A DNA stretch of 64,000 nt from Obrimoposthia wandeli (Eukaryota), in assembly GCA_977020255.1 (NCBI GenBank), contig CDROCS010000253.1, positions 744,001 to 808,000 of the forward strand, read 5' to 3'. This document shows, piece by piece, positions 10,054-20,010 of this stretch. The notes under the pieces are model-generated. The model worked only from the letters and a program-made list of their open reading frames with translations, did no database searches and was not told the origin of the DNA. How positions within the stretch are numbered: the stretch's first letter is position 1; every line of letters starts with the position of its first letter. Position numbers and translations under genes: made by a program.

Positions 10054-10497
10054 ATGAGAAATATTCACTATAGAAAAGTCGGTATCTTTTTCACTTTATT
10101 GTTCGGAATGATAACTAATGCCTACGCGATAAGCTCGATTACAGTGACCGATGGATATATTAAAGCAAGTATACCTGGCAGTGACATTACCGCCGCTTAT
10201 ATGACTATAAGCAATACTGGTGATAAAGCGATAACGTTACAAAAGATCAGCAGCACAATCTCTGATCGTATTGAAATTCACGAACACAGCATGGCTGAGG
10301 GGATGATGCGTATGCGTGAAGTGGGTACAATCACCATCAACGCTGACAGTGAAGTTATTCTGCAACCATCAGGCTTACACCTCATGATTTTTTCAGTAAA
10401 ACAAACAATTACCGAACAAGATGTTATTCCATTAACCTTATATTTTTCAAATGAAACAAACATTAATATTCAATTACCTGTTTCTCGATATAAATAG
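10054..10497 (+). CDS. Periplasmic copper chaperone PCu(A)C
   Basis: Signal peptide; TAAYMTI, EIHEH...GMMRMR and PSGLHLM metal-binding pattern. Confidence 0.9.
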   Translation: MRNIHYRKVGIFFTLLFGMITNAYAISSITVTDGYIKASIPGSDITAAYMTISNTGDKAITLQKISSTISDRIEIHEHSMAEGMMRMREVGTITINADSEVILQPSGLHLMIFSVKQTITEQDVIPLTLYFSNETNINIQLPVSRYK

Positions 10498-10524
10498 TAC
10501 AATACTTACAACCTCATCCTTGGA

Positions 10525-11526
10525 GTGGATATGAACACAATGTTTTCTAAAAAATTAATTGTCTCGGCTTTTATCGGTATATTTGTCCTTCTATATGGCG
10601 TTGGTGTTTATTGGAGCAGTGAGCCTTCATCCATAAATATTCATGCTGAAGTAACACAAGCTGCAAAAGCTGAAAATGTTGCGCCTGTCGTGGGATATAC
10701 CACGACCACTGCTTTGATAAAAGTCAGTGAAGCACTACTAAATAAGCCCGGTGGTTATTTATCAAATGACATTCTGCCTCCTTCACTCTTCTTAGATAAT
10801 ATGCCTGCTTGGGAATTTGGTGTATTAGAGATGGTACGTGATATGGCTTTAGTCATGCGTAAGGATTTTAGTCGTTCGCAATCACAGTCACTAGTGAATA
10901 AACATTTACAAGAAGCACAGCCTCGCTTTAACATCGATAGTAAAAACTGGGCGGTACCCAGTGCTGAGTCTGAGTATGGTGAAGCGATTAAACAACTTTA
11001 TGCCTACCGTACGGCTTTAGTTAGCACTAATCCCGGTAGCAAAGCCCAATTTTACGCCCGTGCTGATAATTTACGTGCCTATATCGAAGAAGTGCAAAAG
11101 CGCTTAGGAAGTTACTCACATCGTTTAAGTGTAAGCGTTGGACGTGAGCAAGTTAACACTGATCTAGCAGGTGATAAACGCGCAGAACAATCAAGCCAAG
11201 GTGTGTCTCACATACAATTACAAACCGATTGGTGGTTAATTGACGATGTGTTTTATGAATCCAGAGGTGCTACCTGGGCCTTACTACAATTACTTAGAGC
11301 GATTGAAATAGATTTTAATAGCGTGTTAGAAAACAAGAATGCCAAAATTAGCTTACAACAGATTATTCGTGAGCTAGAAGCAAGCCAAGAATCATTATGG
11401 AGTCCGATGGTGTTAAACGGTAGTGGTTTTGGTCTTGTTGCCAATCACTCATTGGTGATGGCTAACTATATTTCTCGCGCTAATGCAGCATTAATTGATT
11501 TAAATGAACTTTTAACCAAAGGATAA
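10525..11526 (+). CDS. DUF2333 family protein
   Basis: N-terminal TM; KPGGYLSND, DNMPAWEFG, FSRSQSQS and DDVFYESRG blocks. Confidence 0.85.
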   Translation: MDMNTMFSKKLIVSAFIGIFVLLYGVGVYWSSEPSSINIHAEVTQAAKAENVAPVVGYTTTTALIKVSEALLNKPGGYLSNDILPPSLFLDNMPAWEFGVLEMVRDMALVMRKDFSRSQSQSLVNKHLQEAQPRFNIDSKNWAVPSAESEYGEAIKQLYAYRTALVSTNPGSKAQFYARADNLRAYIEEVQKRLGSYSHRLSVSVGREQVNTDLAGDKRAEQSSQGVSHIQLQTDWWLIDDVFYESRGATWALLQLLRAIEIDFNSVLENKNAKISLQQIIRELEASQESLWSPMVLNGSGFGLVANHSLVMANYISRANAALIDLNELLTKG

Positions 11527-11530
11527 CAAC

Positions 11531-12280
11531 ATGAAAAAAACGTTACTAGCTGGCAGCTTAGCAGCACTAATGTGTGGCACTGCCCAAGCCGATACTTTAC
11601 TAGGTTTATATATCGGTGGCCAAATCTGGTCTAACGAAGCCAGCGGTAGCTTTGGTGAAGGTTCTAATGATCAGGCTGTTTTTCAATTTGATGATGAAAA
11701 CCAAGGCAGCTTCTACGTCGCTTTTGAGCACCCAATTCCATTAATTCCTAATATTAAAATAGCATCAACAACCCTTGATACTGTTGGTGGTACTAAAATA
11801 GCAAGCAACTTTAAATTTGATGGCGTTACGTATAACGCTAACTCAACATTAGATACTACGTTAGATGCCAGCTTCGTTGATTACACACTTTATTATGAAG
11901 TGCTTGATAACGATTTATTAACCTTTGATTTTGGTTTAACCGCACGTGATTTAGATGCCTATATTAAAGTAGATGATTCAAATACAAGCAGTGATTCCGA
12001 TGTATCAGGTATTATTCCAATGTTCTATGTTTCAACTATCATCGGCCTACCTTTTACCGGTTTAAACGTTTTCGCCGATGCTAACTTTATGAGCTATGAC
12101 GACCAAACTGTTTATGATGCTCAAATTGGCGTGAGCTATGCCCTTTTAGATAATATTGCGGTCGATTTTGACGTAACATTAGGCTATCGCACTGTTAAAA
12201 TGGAAATAAATGACATAGATAACTTCTACAGTGATTTGACTTATGACGGCTTCTTTGCCGGTGCTGTGGTTCATTTCTAA
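11531..12280 (+). CDS. Outer-membrane beta-barrel protein, TIGR04219-like
   Basis: Signal peptide; EHPIPLIPNIK motif; alternating aromatic strands; C-terminal Phe. Confidence 0.8.
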   Translation: MKKTLLAGSLAALMCGTAQADTLLGLYIGGQIWSNEASGSFGEGSNDQAVFQFDDENQGSFYVAFEHPIPLIPNIKIASTTLDTVGGTKIASNFKFDGVTYNANSTLDTTLDASFVDYTLYYEVLDNDLLTFDFGLTARDLDAYIKVDDSNTSSDSDVSGIIPMFYVSTIIGLPFTGLNVFADANFMSYDDQTVYDAQIGVSYALLDNIAVDFDVTLGYRTVKMEINDIDNFYSDLTYDGFFAGAVVHF

Positions 12281-12306
12281 AATATAAAGTGTTGAATAAA
12301 AATCAT

Positions 12307-12343
12307 AAAAGCCGTGCATATGCTAAATATTCACGGTTTTTTT
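12307..12343. terminator. Bidirectional intrinsic terminator
   Basis: AAAAGCCGTG-N15-CACGGTTTTTTT between convergent genes. Confidence 0.7.
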
Positions 12344-12365
12344 ATGTCCAAATAAAATGCAGCAA

Positions 12366-13019
12366 TTAATTATTCAGATGAGAGAAGCGTCCGTAGCGCT
12401 GATGTAAAATCTCCACTCGTTCTACATACACTTGAGTTTCTTTATAGGGCGGAATACCACCGTAACGTTTAACTGCACCTTCTCCTGCATTGTAAGCTGC
12501 TGAAGCTAATTTATTATCACCCTTATATTTTCTCAGTAAGCGTGCCAAATGTTTAACACCACCCTTAATGTTCTGCTGAGCACTTAAGGAATTCTTTACG
12601 CCTAACTCTCTGGCGGTAGCTGGCATCAATTGCATTAGCCCTTGAGCGCCCTGCTTAGAGACAGCTTGCGGATTAAAATGAGACTCCGCGTGAATAACGG
12701 CTCTCACAAAGGCAGGATCAACGCCATATTTTAACGCGGCTTGATTAATATCATTGCTATAAGGTTGTAAATAAAGTTTTGCTTTGCGCCAGTCAATCGA
12801 TGAGTCAACTTCACAGGCATAACAATCGAACCGATAGCGGATAAAATGAACATCAAGCGGTTCGATATCAGAGAAAGACGTTACCCCTAAGGATGATTTA
12901 TAGGTATAAATATTTGCTGCGTTTTTTTCAAAAGCATGACTGAAGTTGACAAATGTAGCTAAAATAAAGAGCAAACTAAAGCTGATATATTGCAATTTTT
13001 CCTTTGAAACCACCTTCAT
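12366..13019 (-). CDS. Lytic transglycosylase (SLT domain)
   Basis: AVIHAESHFNPQAVS, GAQGLMQLMP, AYNAG and ETQVYV motifs. Confidence 0.92.
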   Translation of the reverse strand: MKVVSKEKLQYISFSLLFILATFVNFSHAFEKNAANIYTYKSSLGVTSFSDIEPLDVHFIRYRFDCYACEVDSSIDWRKAKLYLQPYSNDINQAALKYGVDPAFVRAVIHAESHFNPQAVSKQGAQGLMQLMPATARELGVKNSLSAQQNIKGGVKHLARLLRKYKGDNKLASAAYNAGEGAVKRYGGIPPYKETQVYVERVEILHQRYGRFSHLNN

Positions 13020-13073
13020 ACACCCTCCAGGTTCAATACACTTAACATCAACGTAAATCCTTTCATAACTCTA

Positions 13074-13138
13074 TATTCCATTTTGGAATAAAAAATCGCT
13101 ATCTATTCCTTTTGATCTGAATGAAATTTGTCTATTCT
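13074..13138 (+). promoter_or_regulatory. Phased TATTC(C/T) repeats, including palindrome TATTCC-N5-GGAATA, upstream of cysJ
   Basis: Copies at 13074, 13104 and 13133; probable CysB/LysR sites (inference from context). Confidence 0.4.
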
Positions 13139-13170
13139 TCATCCATCAATTGTCATGGGTGAAAATAGTT

Positions 13171-15018
13171 ATGTTGCCAGAGCAGCGCTTATTAAATCAA
13201 AATACCACAAATTCAGCAAACAATAGTAGTGCCTTAGATGCAAAGCAACTAGCTACACTACAACAAAGCGTTGCCGAATACTCATCACTACAACTTGCTT
13301 GGGCAAGTGGCTACTTAGCGGCGAAAAGCGAACAAGGCCAAAATGCCCAACTCGCGCCTGTTGCAGCAGCGGTTGCTGCCAAAACGCTAACTATTTTATA
13401 TGCTTCGCAAACAGGTAATGCTAAAGGTGTTGCTAAGCAGCTGGAAAAAAGTGCTAAAGCAGCAGGTATTAATGTAGTACTTAAAAACATTGCTGACTAC
13501 AAAGCCAAAAGCTTAAAAAATGAAAGTCATTTATTAATTGTAGCCAGTACAAATGGTGAAGGCGAAGCGCCAGATGACGCCATTGAATTTCATGAATTCT
13601 TACTCGGTAAAAAAGCACCTAAATTACCTAATTTAAGCTATAGCGTATTAGCCTTAGGCGACAGCAGCTATGAATTTTTCTGTCAAACAGGTAAAGACTT
13701 TGACGAACGTTTACAAGCATTAGGCGCAAAGCAAGTTACGCCACGCGTTGATTGCGATGTAGATTATGACAGCGAAAGCGAAAGCTGGACCTTAAGTGTT
13801 GTTGAATCACTTAAAGACGAATTAACGCAAGCCGATGCCGCTTTAACGCCTGTTAGTTATATTGGCGATTTACCTACGGCAGGTGCTGCTAGCCAGTATT
13901 CAAAGCAAAACCCATTCTCCGCTGAATTCTCACTTAGTCAAAAAATCACCGGTCGTGATTCAGCTAAAGATGTTCGCCACATTGAAATTGATTTAGGTGA
14001 GTCTGGTTTAACTTACCAAGTAGGCGATGCTTTAGGTGTTTGGTTTGAAAATGATGAAACTCTCGTTACCCAGTTACTTACTGAACTTAACTTTTCTGGC
14101 GATGAAAAAATCACCTTAAAAGTATCGGGTGATGTACAAGACTTTACCTTAAAAGCAGCGTTAATCAGCCAATTAGAAATTACCCAAACAGCACCTTCAT
14201 TTATTGAGTTTTGGGCACAACACTCTCAAGACAGTAAATTACTTGCTATAGCAAGTGATAAAAATTCAGCGCGTGAGTTTGCCGGTGAGCATCAAGTTAT
14301 TGATGTAGTCAACTTAGCTAAGGCTGACGTTGATGCACAAAGTTTGGTAAATGCTTTACGTAAAATAACACCGCGTTTATATTCAATCGCTTCAGCGCAA
14401 GCTGAAGTTGAAGAAGAAGTTCACTTAACTGTTGGTGTCGTTAGCTATGATGCTAACGGTGATACACGTACTGGCGGTGCTTCAGGTTTCTTAACTGAAC
14501 GTTTAGCAGAAGGTCAAAAAGTACGTGTTTTTGTTGAACACAATGACAACTTCCGTTTACCACAATCAGACGACACGCCAGTAATCATGATTGGACCAGG
14601 CACCGGTGTAGCGCCGTTTAGAGCTTTCATGCAAGAACGTGAAGCGCGTGATGCCAACGGCGATAACTGGATGTTTTTTGGTGATCAAACTTTCACTCAA
14701 GATTTCTTATATCAAGTGGAATGGCAAAATTATTTAAAATCAGGTTTGTTAACACGCATGGACGTAGCCTTTTCTCGCGACCAAGCTGAAAAAATATACG
14801 TACAAGACCGATTAAAAGAACAAGCAAGTGATGTTTTTGCTTGGTTAGAGCGTGGCGCACACTTATATATTTGTGGTGATGCCAATCGCATGGCTAAAGA
14901 TGTTCATCAAACCTTGGTAGGAATCATCCAAGAGCACGGTAAATTAAGTGCAGAGCAAGCCGAAGATTATTTAAAATCACTACGATCTAATAAGCGTTAC
15001 CAGAAGGATGTTTACTAA
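13171..15018 (+). CDS. cysJ: Sulfite reductase flavoprotein subunit
   Basis: YASQTGNA flavodoxin loop, [18 protein letters not shown] and RYQKDVY end; exact start uncertain. Confidence 0.96.
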   Translation: MLPEQRLLNQNTTNSANNSSALDAKQLATLQQSVAEYSSLQLAWASGYLAAKSEQGQNAQLAPVAAAVAAKTLTILYASQTGNAKGVAKQLEKSAKAAGINVVLKNIADYKAKSLKNESHLLIVASTNGEGEAPDDAIEFHEFLLGKKAPKLPNLSYSVLALGDSSYEFFCQTGKDFDERLQALGAKQVTPRVDCDVDYDSESESWTLSVVESLKDELTQADAALTPVSYIGDLPTAGAASQYSKQNPFSAEFSLSQKITGRDSAKDVRHIEIDLGESGLTYQVGDALGVWFENDETLVTQLLTELNFSGDEKITLKVSGDVQDFTLKAALISQLEITQTAPSFIEFWAQHSQDSKLLAIASDKNSAREFAGEHQVIDVVNLAKADVDAQSLVNALRKITPRLYSIASAQAEVEEEVHLTVGVVSYDANGDTRTGGASGFLTERLAEGQKVRVFVEHNDNFRLPQSDDTPVIMIGPGTGVAPFRAFMQEREARDANGDNWMFFGDQTFTQDFLYQVEWQNYLKSGLLTRMDVAFSRDQAEKIYVQDRLKEQASDVFAWLERGAHLYICGDANRMAKDVHQTLVGIIQEHGKLSAEQAEDYLKSLRSNKRYQKDVY

Positions 15019-16757
15019 TGAGCAACAATTTCACAAAAGTTGAAAACCCGGTATTGATTGTTGAAGGTAAACAGGCCGACAATGAACGCTTAAAAGCTGA
15101 AAGCGATTACCTTCGTGGTACGATTAAAGAAGATCTGCAAGACAGAATGACGGGGGGTTTCACCAGCGATAACTTCCAGTTGATTCGTACTCATGGTATG
15201 TACCAACAAGACGATCGCGATATTCGTGCAGAGCGTCAAAAGCAAAAGTTAGAGCCATTACACAATGTCATGCTTAGAGCCCGTTTACCCGGTGGTATTA
15301 TCAATCCAACACAATGGTTGGCTATTGATAAATTTGCTGATGATTATACTTCTTACGGTAGTATCCGCTTAACGACACGTCAAACATTCCAGTTTCACGG
15401 GGTATTAAAGCCTGATATTAAGTTAATGCATCAAACATTAAATAGCGTTGGCCTTGACTCTATTGCCACTGCTGGTGATGTAAATCGTAACGTACTTTGT
15501 ACTTCTAATCCTGTTGAATCTACGTTACATCAAGAAGCGTATGAATGGGCCACGAAAATCAGTGAACATTTACTGCCAAAGACACGTGCTTATGCCGAAA
15601 TTTGGTTAGATGAAGAGAAAGTTGAAACGACTGAAGCTGATGAAGTAGAACCTATTTTAGGTAGCAATTACTTACCACGTAAATTTAAAACAACGGTAGT
15701 CATTCCACCAAATAACGACATTGATGTTCATGCTAACGATTTAAACTTTGTTGCCATTAGTGAAGGCGGTGAGTTAATTGGTTTTAACGTGCTTGTTGGC
15801 GGTGGTTTAGCCATGACGCATGGTGATAATGCAACTTATCCTCGTTGTGCTGATGACTTTGGCTTCATTGCAAAAGAACATACTTTAGCAATTGCTGCGG
15901 CAGTTGTAACTACCCAGCGTGATTGGGGAAACCGTGTTAACCGTAAAAATGCTAAAACTAAATACACCTTAGATAGAGTCGGTGTTGATACCTTTAAAGC
16001 CGAAGTTGAACGCAGAGCAGGTATTGAGTTCGCTGAATCTCGTTCATATAAATTTACTCACCGTGGCGATAGCTTTGGTTGGGTAGAAGGTATTGATGGT
16101 AAACATCATTTAACTTTATTTATTGAAAATGGTCGTATCTTAGACTTCGCTGGCAAAACTTTAAAGACAGGTATGCTTGAAATCGCCAAGATTCATCAAG
16201 GTGATTTCCGTTTAACCGCAAACCAAAACCTTATTGTTGCTGGTGTTGCCCAAGCAGATAAAGCAGTTATTGAACAACTTGCTCGTGACCATGGTTTAAT
16301 CAACGATGGTGTTTCGAATCAACGTAAGAGTTCAATGGCTTGTGTTGCTTTCCCAACGTGTCCACTAGCAATGGCAGAAGCCGAACGTTACTTACCTGGT
16401 TTAGTCGATGATGTTGAAGCTATTCTTAGCAAAAATGGTTTGAAAGACGAAAGTATTATTTTACGCGTTACTGGTTGTCCAAATGGTTGTGGACGCGCCA
16501 TGCTTGCTGAAATTGGTTTAATTGGTAAAGGTCCAGGTAAGTACAATATGTACTTAGGTAGTGATTTAGCTGGCTCTCGTGTGCCGAAATTATATAAAGA
16601 AAACCTTGATGAAGCAGCCGTATTAAGTGAAATTGATGCGTTAAGTGCCCGCTGGTCAGCTGAACGTCTTGACGATGAAGCATTTGGTGATTTTGTAATT
16701 CGTGCCGGTATCGTTGAACAAGTTATTGTCAGCTTTAGGGACTTCCATCATGCTTAA
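15018..16757 (+). CDS. cysI: Sulfite reductase hemoprotein subunit
   Basis: [24 protein letters not shown] and TGCPNGCGR siroheme/FeS motifs. Confidence 0.97.
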   Translation: MSNNFTKVENPVLIVEGKQADNERLKAESDYLRGTIKEDLQDRMTGGFTSDNFQLIRTHGMYQQDDRDIRAERQKQKLEPLHNVMLRARLPGGIINPTQWLAIDKFADDYTSYGSIRLTTRQTFQFHGVLKPDIKLMHQTLNSVGLDSIATAGDVNRNVLCTSNPVESTLHQEAYEWATKISEHLLPKTRAYAEIWLDEEKVETTEADEVEPILGSNYLPRKFKTTVVIPPNNDIDVHANDLNFVAISEGGELIGFNVLVGGGLAMTHGDNATYPRCADDFGFIAKEHTLAIAAAVVTTQRDWGNRVNRKNAKTKYTLDRVGVDTFKAEVERRAGIEFAESRSYKFTHRGDSFGWVEGIDGKHHLTLFIENGRILDFAGKTLKTGMLEIAKIHQGDFRLTANQNLIVAGVAQADKAVIEQLARDHGLINDGVSNQRKSSMACVAFPTCPLAMAEAERYLPGLVDDVEAILSKNGLKDESIILRVTGCPNGCGRAMLAEIGLIGKGPGKYNMYLGSDLAGSRVPKLYKENLDEAAVLSEIDALSARWSAERLDDEAFGDFVIRAGIVEQVIVSFRDFHHA

Positions 16758-17511
16758 TACCGCAACAGACGTTGCAGATAAAGGGCTTAGTAGTCCTTTT
16801 GATGTCACCTTCCCTCATCCTTCTTTAGGAGAGTGGAATCAATCTTTAGAAAAGCAAACAGCGATTGCTCGCGCTGAGTGGGCGATGGAAAACTTGCCTG
16901 GTAAGTTTGTTTTATCTTCAAGCTTTGGTATTCAATCTGCCGTTATGTTGCACTTACTTACCCAAGTAGATAGCAATATTCCGGTATTGATAACAGATAC
17001 AGGACATTTGTTTCCTGAAACCTATCAATTTATTGAGCAGCTGACTGATCGTTTGAACTTGAACTTACAAGTGTATCAAGCAAAAGAAAGCGCCGCATGG
17101 CAACAAGCCAAGTACGGTGATGAATGGGCGCAAAGTGATGATGCACTTAAGGCGTATAATCGCCGTAATAAAGTTGAGCCTTTAGAGCGCGGATTGTCTG
17201 AGCTAAATGCCAATACGTGGTTTTCTGGTGTTCGTCGTCAACAATCGGCGCATCGTGAAGGTTTATCTGTCGTGGGCACACTGCGTGGTCGTTATAAAGT
17301 ACATCCAATTATTGATTGGAGTAATAAAGACGTACATGAGTACCTAACTAAGCACAACTTACCTTACCATCCACTTTGGGATGAAGGTTATGTTTCGGTT
17401 GGTGATGTACACAGTACCAAACCATTAACGCTAGGTATGACTGAAAGTGATACTCGCTTTGGTGGCGGTCAACGTGAATGTGGTTTGCATACTGATGGTG
17501 ATGGTATTTAA
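16750..17511 (+). CDS. cysH: Phosphoadenylyl-sulfate reductase
   Basis: [21 protein letters not shown] and RECGLH; start overlaps the cysI stop (ATGCTTAA). Confidence 0.95.
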   Translation: MLNTATDVADKGLSSPFDVTFPHPSLGEWNQSLEKQTAIARAEWAMENLPGKFVLSSSFGIQSAVMLHLLTQVDSNIPVLITDTGHLFPETYQFIEQLTDRLNLNLQVYQAKESAAWQQAKYGDEWAQSDDALKAYNRRNKVEPLERGLSELNANTWFSGVRRQQSAHREGLSVVGTLRGRYKVHPIIDWSNKDVHEYLTKHNLPYHPLWDEGYVSVGDVHSTKPLTLGMTESDTRFGGGQRECGLHTDGDGI

Positions 17512-17549
17512 TTTTTACTCAAATATAGTAAATAATTAGATCGTCATAT

Positions 17550-17584
17550 AAAGCTAAAAGAGATAACTCTTTTAGCTTTTTTTG
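17550..17584 (+). terminator. Intrinsic terminator of cysJIH
   Basis: AAAGCTAAAAGAG-ATAA-CTCTTTTAGCTTT followed by a T tract. Confidence 0.85.
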
Positions 17585-17686
17585 TGCTACTTAATCGACG
17601 TATTCATCCAAAATAGGTACGAAAAACAGCTAGTTTATCTTTCTGGTGATTAATTGATGGCTTGCAGCTTTGTTTATCTGCTTGAC

Positions 17687-17858
17687 GTCGCGGTGGCGAC
17701 CACACCCAAGGGGCGACGTACCGCCGCGCCTCCCCTTGGAACCCCTGCGACGCCCTACTCAGCAGAACATTCAATCACCAACTAGCGTAAACCTCGATTC
17801 CTGCCGATTTATCGTCCATGAACAGCGGCAGCCCTTTGGGTGTCGTCGCCACCGCGAC
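17687..17858. repeat. 172-bp GC-rich element with 28-bp terminal inverted repeats (REPIN/MITE-like)
   Basis: 17687-17714 and the reverse complement of 17831-17858 match at 26/28; internal hairpin CCAAGGGG..CCCCTTGG at 17706-17739. Confidence 0.8.
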
Positions 17859-18004
17859 AAATTATTTAAATTTACTCTGGCCGATTTATTTAACGAATTG
17901 ACAGGTTGGATTAGATTTTGTATCGAACAAAACAATAATACCCTTTATCAATTAGCTATTGTAAATGTCTGATTTTAAATAATAATAACGCCACGGAGCA
18001 CTTA

Positions 18005-18142
18005 ATGAACATGAAAAAAATAATCACAGCCATCGCAATTCTCTCACTCGCTGGCTGTGCAACTATTATAGATGGAAAAAATCAAACGTTTACCCTTTCA
18101 ACTAAGGTAACTAAGACAGCCACTGTTAATTATCAAAGATAA
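18005..18142 (+). pseudogene. Truncated lipoprotein gene
   Basis: GGAG RBS; MNMKKIITAIAILSLAGCATIIDGKNQTFTLSTK with LAGC lipobox; ends about 10 codons after entering the transposase-element end. Confidence 0.65.
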
Positions 18143-19399
18143 TATCAAGTAAAATTAAACATACCTAGGAGCTTATTACCCAAATTCTAGGATGAATTAA
18201 TAAACTACATCGTATATTCTTTGAAGATTTACCAAGAAGTGCATTTTATGGAATTTAAGGTGTGATGGAGTATTAGCCATTCATTAAAATTAAAATGGTG
18301 GGATTATCGTTGTTTTAATTCAAGCCTGAATTAATGTAATAAGTGCTAGGCCAGTAATTTATTACAAGCCGAGAGTGTCGTTCGCCTGCTGAGTGCTTGA
18401 TGCTGACAAAACTCATTAAGCACATCTGCATGACCTACGGCACCATGAAACCTTTTGGTAAATTGTGTGGTTAATATCAGCCAATTTTCAGGACTTATAT
18501 TTAATCTAGTTAGTATTTCAGGTTGATTTTCTTCTATATAACCACACTTATCTGCACGAATACAGCGGCCTGTAACGTCAATAAGCTCAAGGTAATCATG
18601 GATATTAAAAGTAAGCCCTTGCCTTTTATCTTTATGCGCGTTACCTACAAAATTTAAAAGATTGCTCGGTTGTTTACCTTGTATTGCCGCTTTAATTCGT
18701 CGTTGAATACTGGTATAGCTTGATTTTTCTGGAGTGTGTGCCATTTTAGCTCTAACGGGGTTTAAATCGACATAGGCCATGCAAGCAATAATGGCTGCGT
18801 CATCGAGTAAGGCTTGTGATTTAAAACGGCCTTCCCAAAATCTACCCGTGCAATTATCTTCACCATTGGCTTTTCGTGCTATGCCCTCGTTAAGTATGCG
18901 CATAAGCCAACTGATATCGGTTAATCGCTTGCGATACACTTCACCAGTTTGTTCAACCATCGTTTGTAATGGCTCGATAAGTTCATCACCACGCACATAT
19001 TGCTGGGTTAACAAGGTGCCTTTGAATAACTGATGCCAACGGCTAATCACCTCAAACGTAGACCAAGACCGCGCTTTATCTGCATCCACATAAAGTACCA
19101 AGTGACTGTGATTACTCATCACTGCATAGGCGCACACATCAATGGCAAATACAGAGCCTAAGAACAACAACTTATCTTCAACCCAAGCGCGTCGGTGTTC
19201 AAAACTTTGACCCGTAACTTTATCTTTACCACATAAAAAAGCCCTACGAACACAGCGTGAAATGCAGTGATAATAGGGCGTGTCGATTAAACTAACTTGT
19301 CTTTTTCTTGCAACCGCCATGTGAACCTCAAACTAAAAAATTGATGGTTAATTAATTATAGTTCAGAGGCAAGGCATTTTCCATTAGAGTGGGTGTCTT
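18113..19399 (-). mobile_element. Putative element around the Y1 transposase, bounded by 12-bp imperfect inverted motifs
   Basis: AAGACAGCCACT (18113-18124) and AGTGGGTGTCTT (19388-19399) match at 11/12 in inverted orientation; no clean target duplication. Confidence 0.5.
18346..19320 (-). CDS. HUH Y1 transposase, RAYT-like (IS200-related)
   Basis: YYHCISRCVRRAFLCG, MSNHSHLV (HUH), FWEGRFKSQ and AYVDLNPVRA (catalytic Tyr). Confidence 0.88.
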   Translation of the reverse strand: MAVARKRQVSLIDTPYYHCISRCVRRAFLCGKDKVTGQSFEHRRAWVEDKLLFLGSVFAIDVCAYAVMSNHSHLVLYVDADKARSWSTFEVISRWHQLFKGTLLTQQYVRGDELIEPLQTMVEQTGEVYRKRLTDISWLMRILNEGIARKANGEDNCTGRFWEGRFKSQALLDDAAIIACMAYVDLNPVRAKMAHTPEKSSYTSIQRRIKAAIQGKQPSNLLNFVGNAHKDKRQGLTFNIHDYLELIDVTGRCIRADKCGYIEENQPEILTRLNISPENWLILTTQFTKRFHGAVGHADVLNEFCQHQALSRRTTLSACNKLLA

Positions 19400-19488
19400 G
19401 CTAATTTTTTCACACCTTCAGTTCACAGATGCTAAAACGCAGTTATTAGCCACCTTTGTTTTCATTAACGAAAGAGCTGATATTTAAT

Positions 19489-19734
19489 TTGAAAAAAATA
19501 GAATTTATTGAAGCGTATGCATGGTCAATTTCACACCATGGCATGAACCTGATTGGTACGTCAGCGGCTTTGTGTCTATTTGTTTGGGATTACGCATTAT
19601 CTTGCTTTATTTTCTACTTATTCTTCTGATTTTCCACTTTTCGGCGCTACAACCGAGAAAATAGAATGGTGGAAAAACCAAAACGTAAAATTGGTAACGA
19701 TACTTCTATTAAAAATATAGATAATCGCTTTTAA
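19489..19734 (+). pseudogene. Small membrane-protein ORF with one internal TGA, cassette-like
   Basis: A single frame from TTG 19489 to TAA 19734, broken only by TGA 19627-19629; the stop directly abuts ACATAAC. Confidence 0.45.
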
Positions 19735-19760
19735 ACATAACAAGTAAATAAACTATGCAG
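19735..19760 (+). repeat. attC-like 5' half (RYYYAAC inverse core) without its partner arm
   Basis: ACATAACAAGTAAATAAACTATGC immediately after a stop codon; no complementary arm follows. Confidence 0.45.
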
Positions 19761-20010
19761 CAGTCATAGATATTGTTCTCGTTCTATAACTATATTATGC
19801 TTTTTTGATCATGAAATTAGTCTCAAAACCGATTTTGGGAACGTCCGCTATATCAATATTGTGAATTTATCTGTCGACTTGCTTAGGTCAACTAACTGAT
19901 GTTCAGTTGACTTCGACCAACACAAAAAATTTCAAAAATTTTCTTCCGCTTAGCGCACGAAGAAGTCTTAAAAAACGCTAGAATATATCATTATTTTTTA
20001 CTACTTATCG

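Noticed and set aside
17670-17972. 100-aa ORF in the track
   Set aside because: Reads through the GC-rich inverted-repeat element; Arg/Pro-rich by composition; no RBS.
19627-19629. TGA as selenocysteine or programmed readthrough
   Set aside because: No SECIS-like hairpin or redox motif; a TGG-to-TGA mutation in a decaying gene is simpler.
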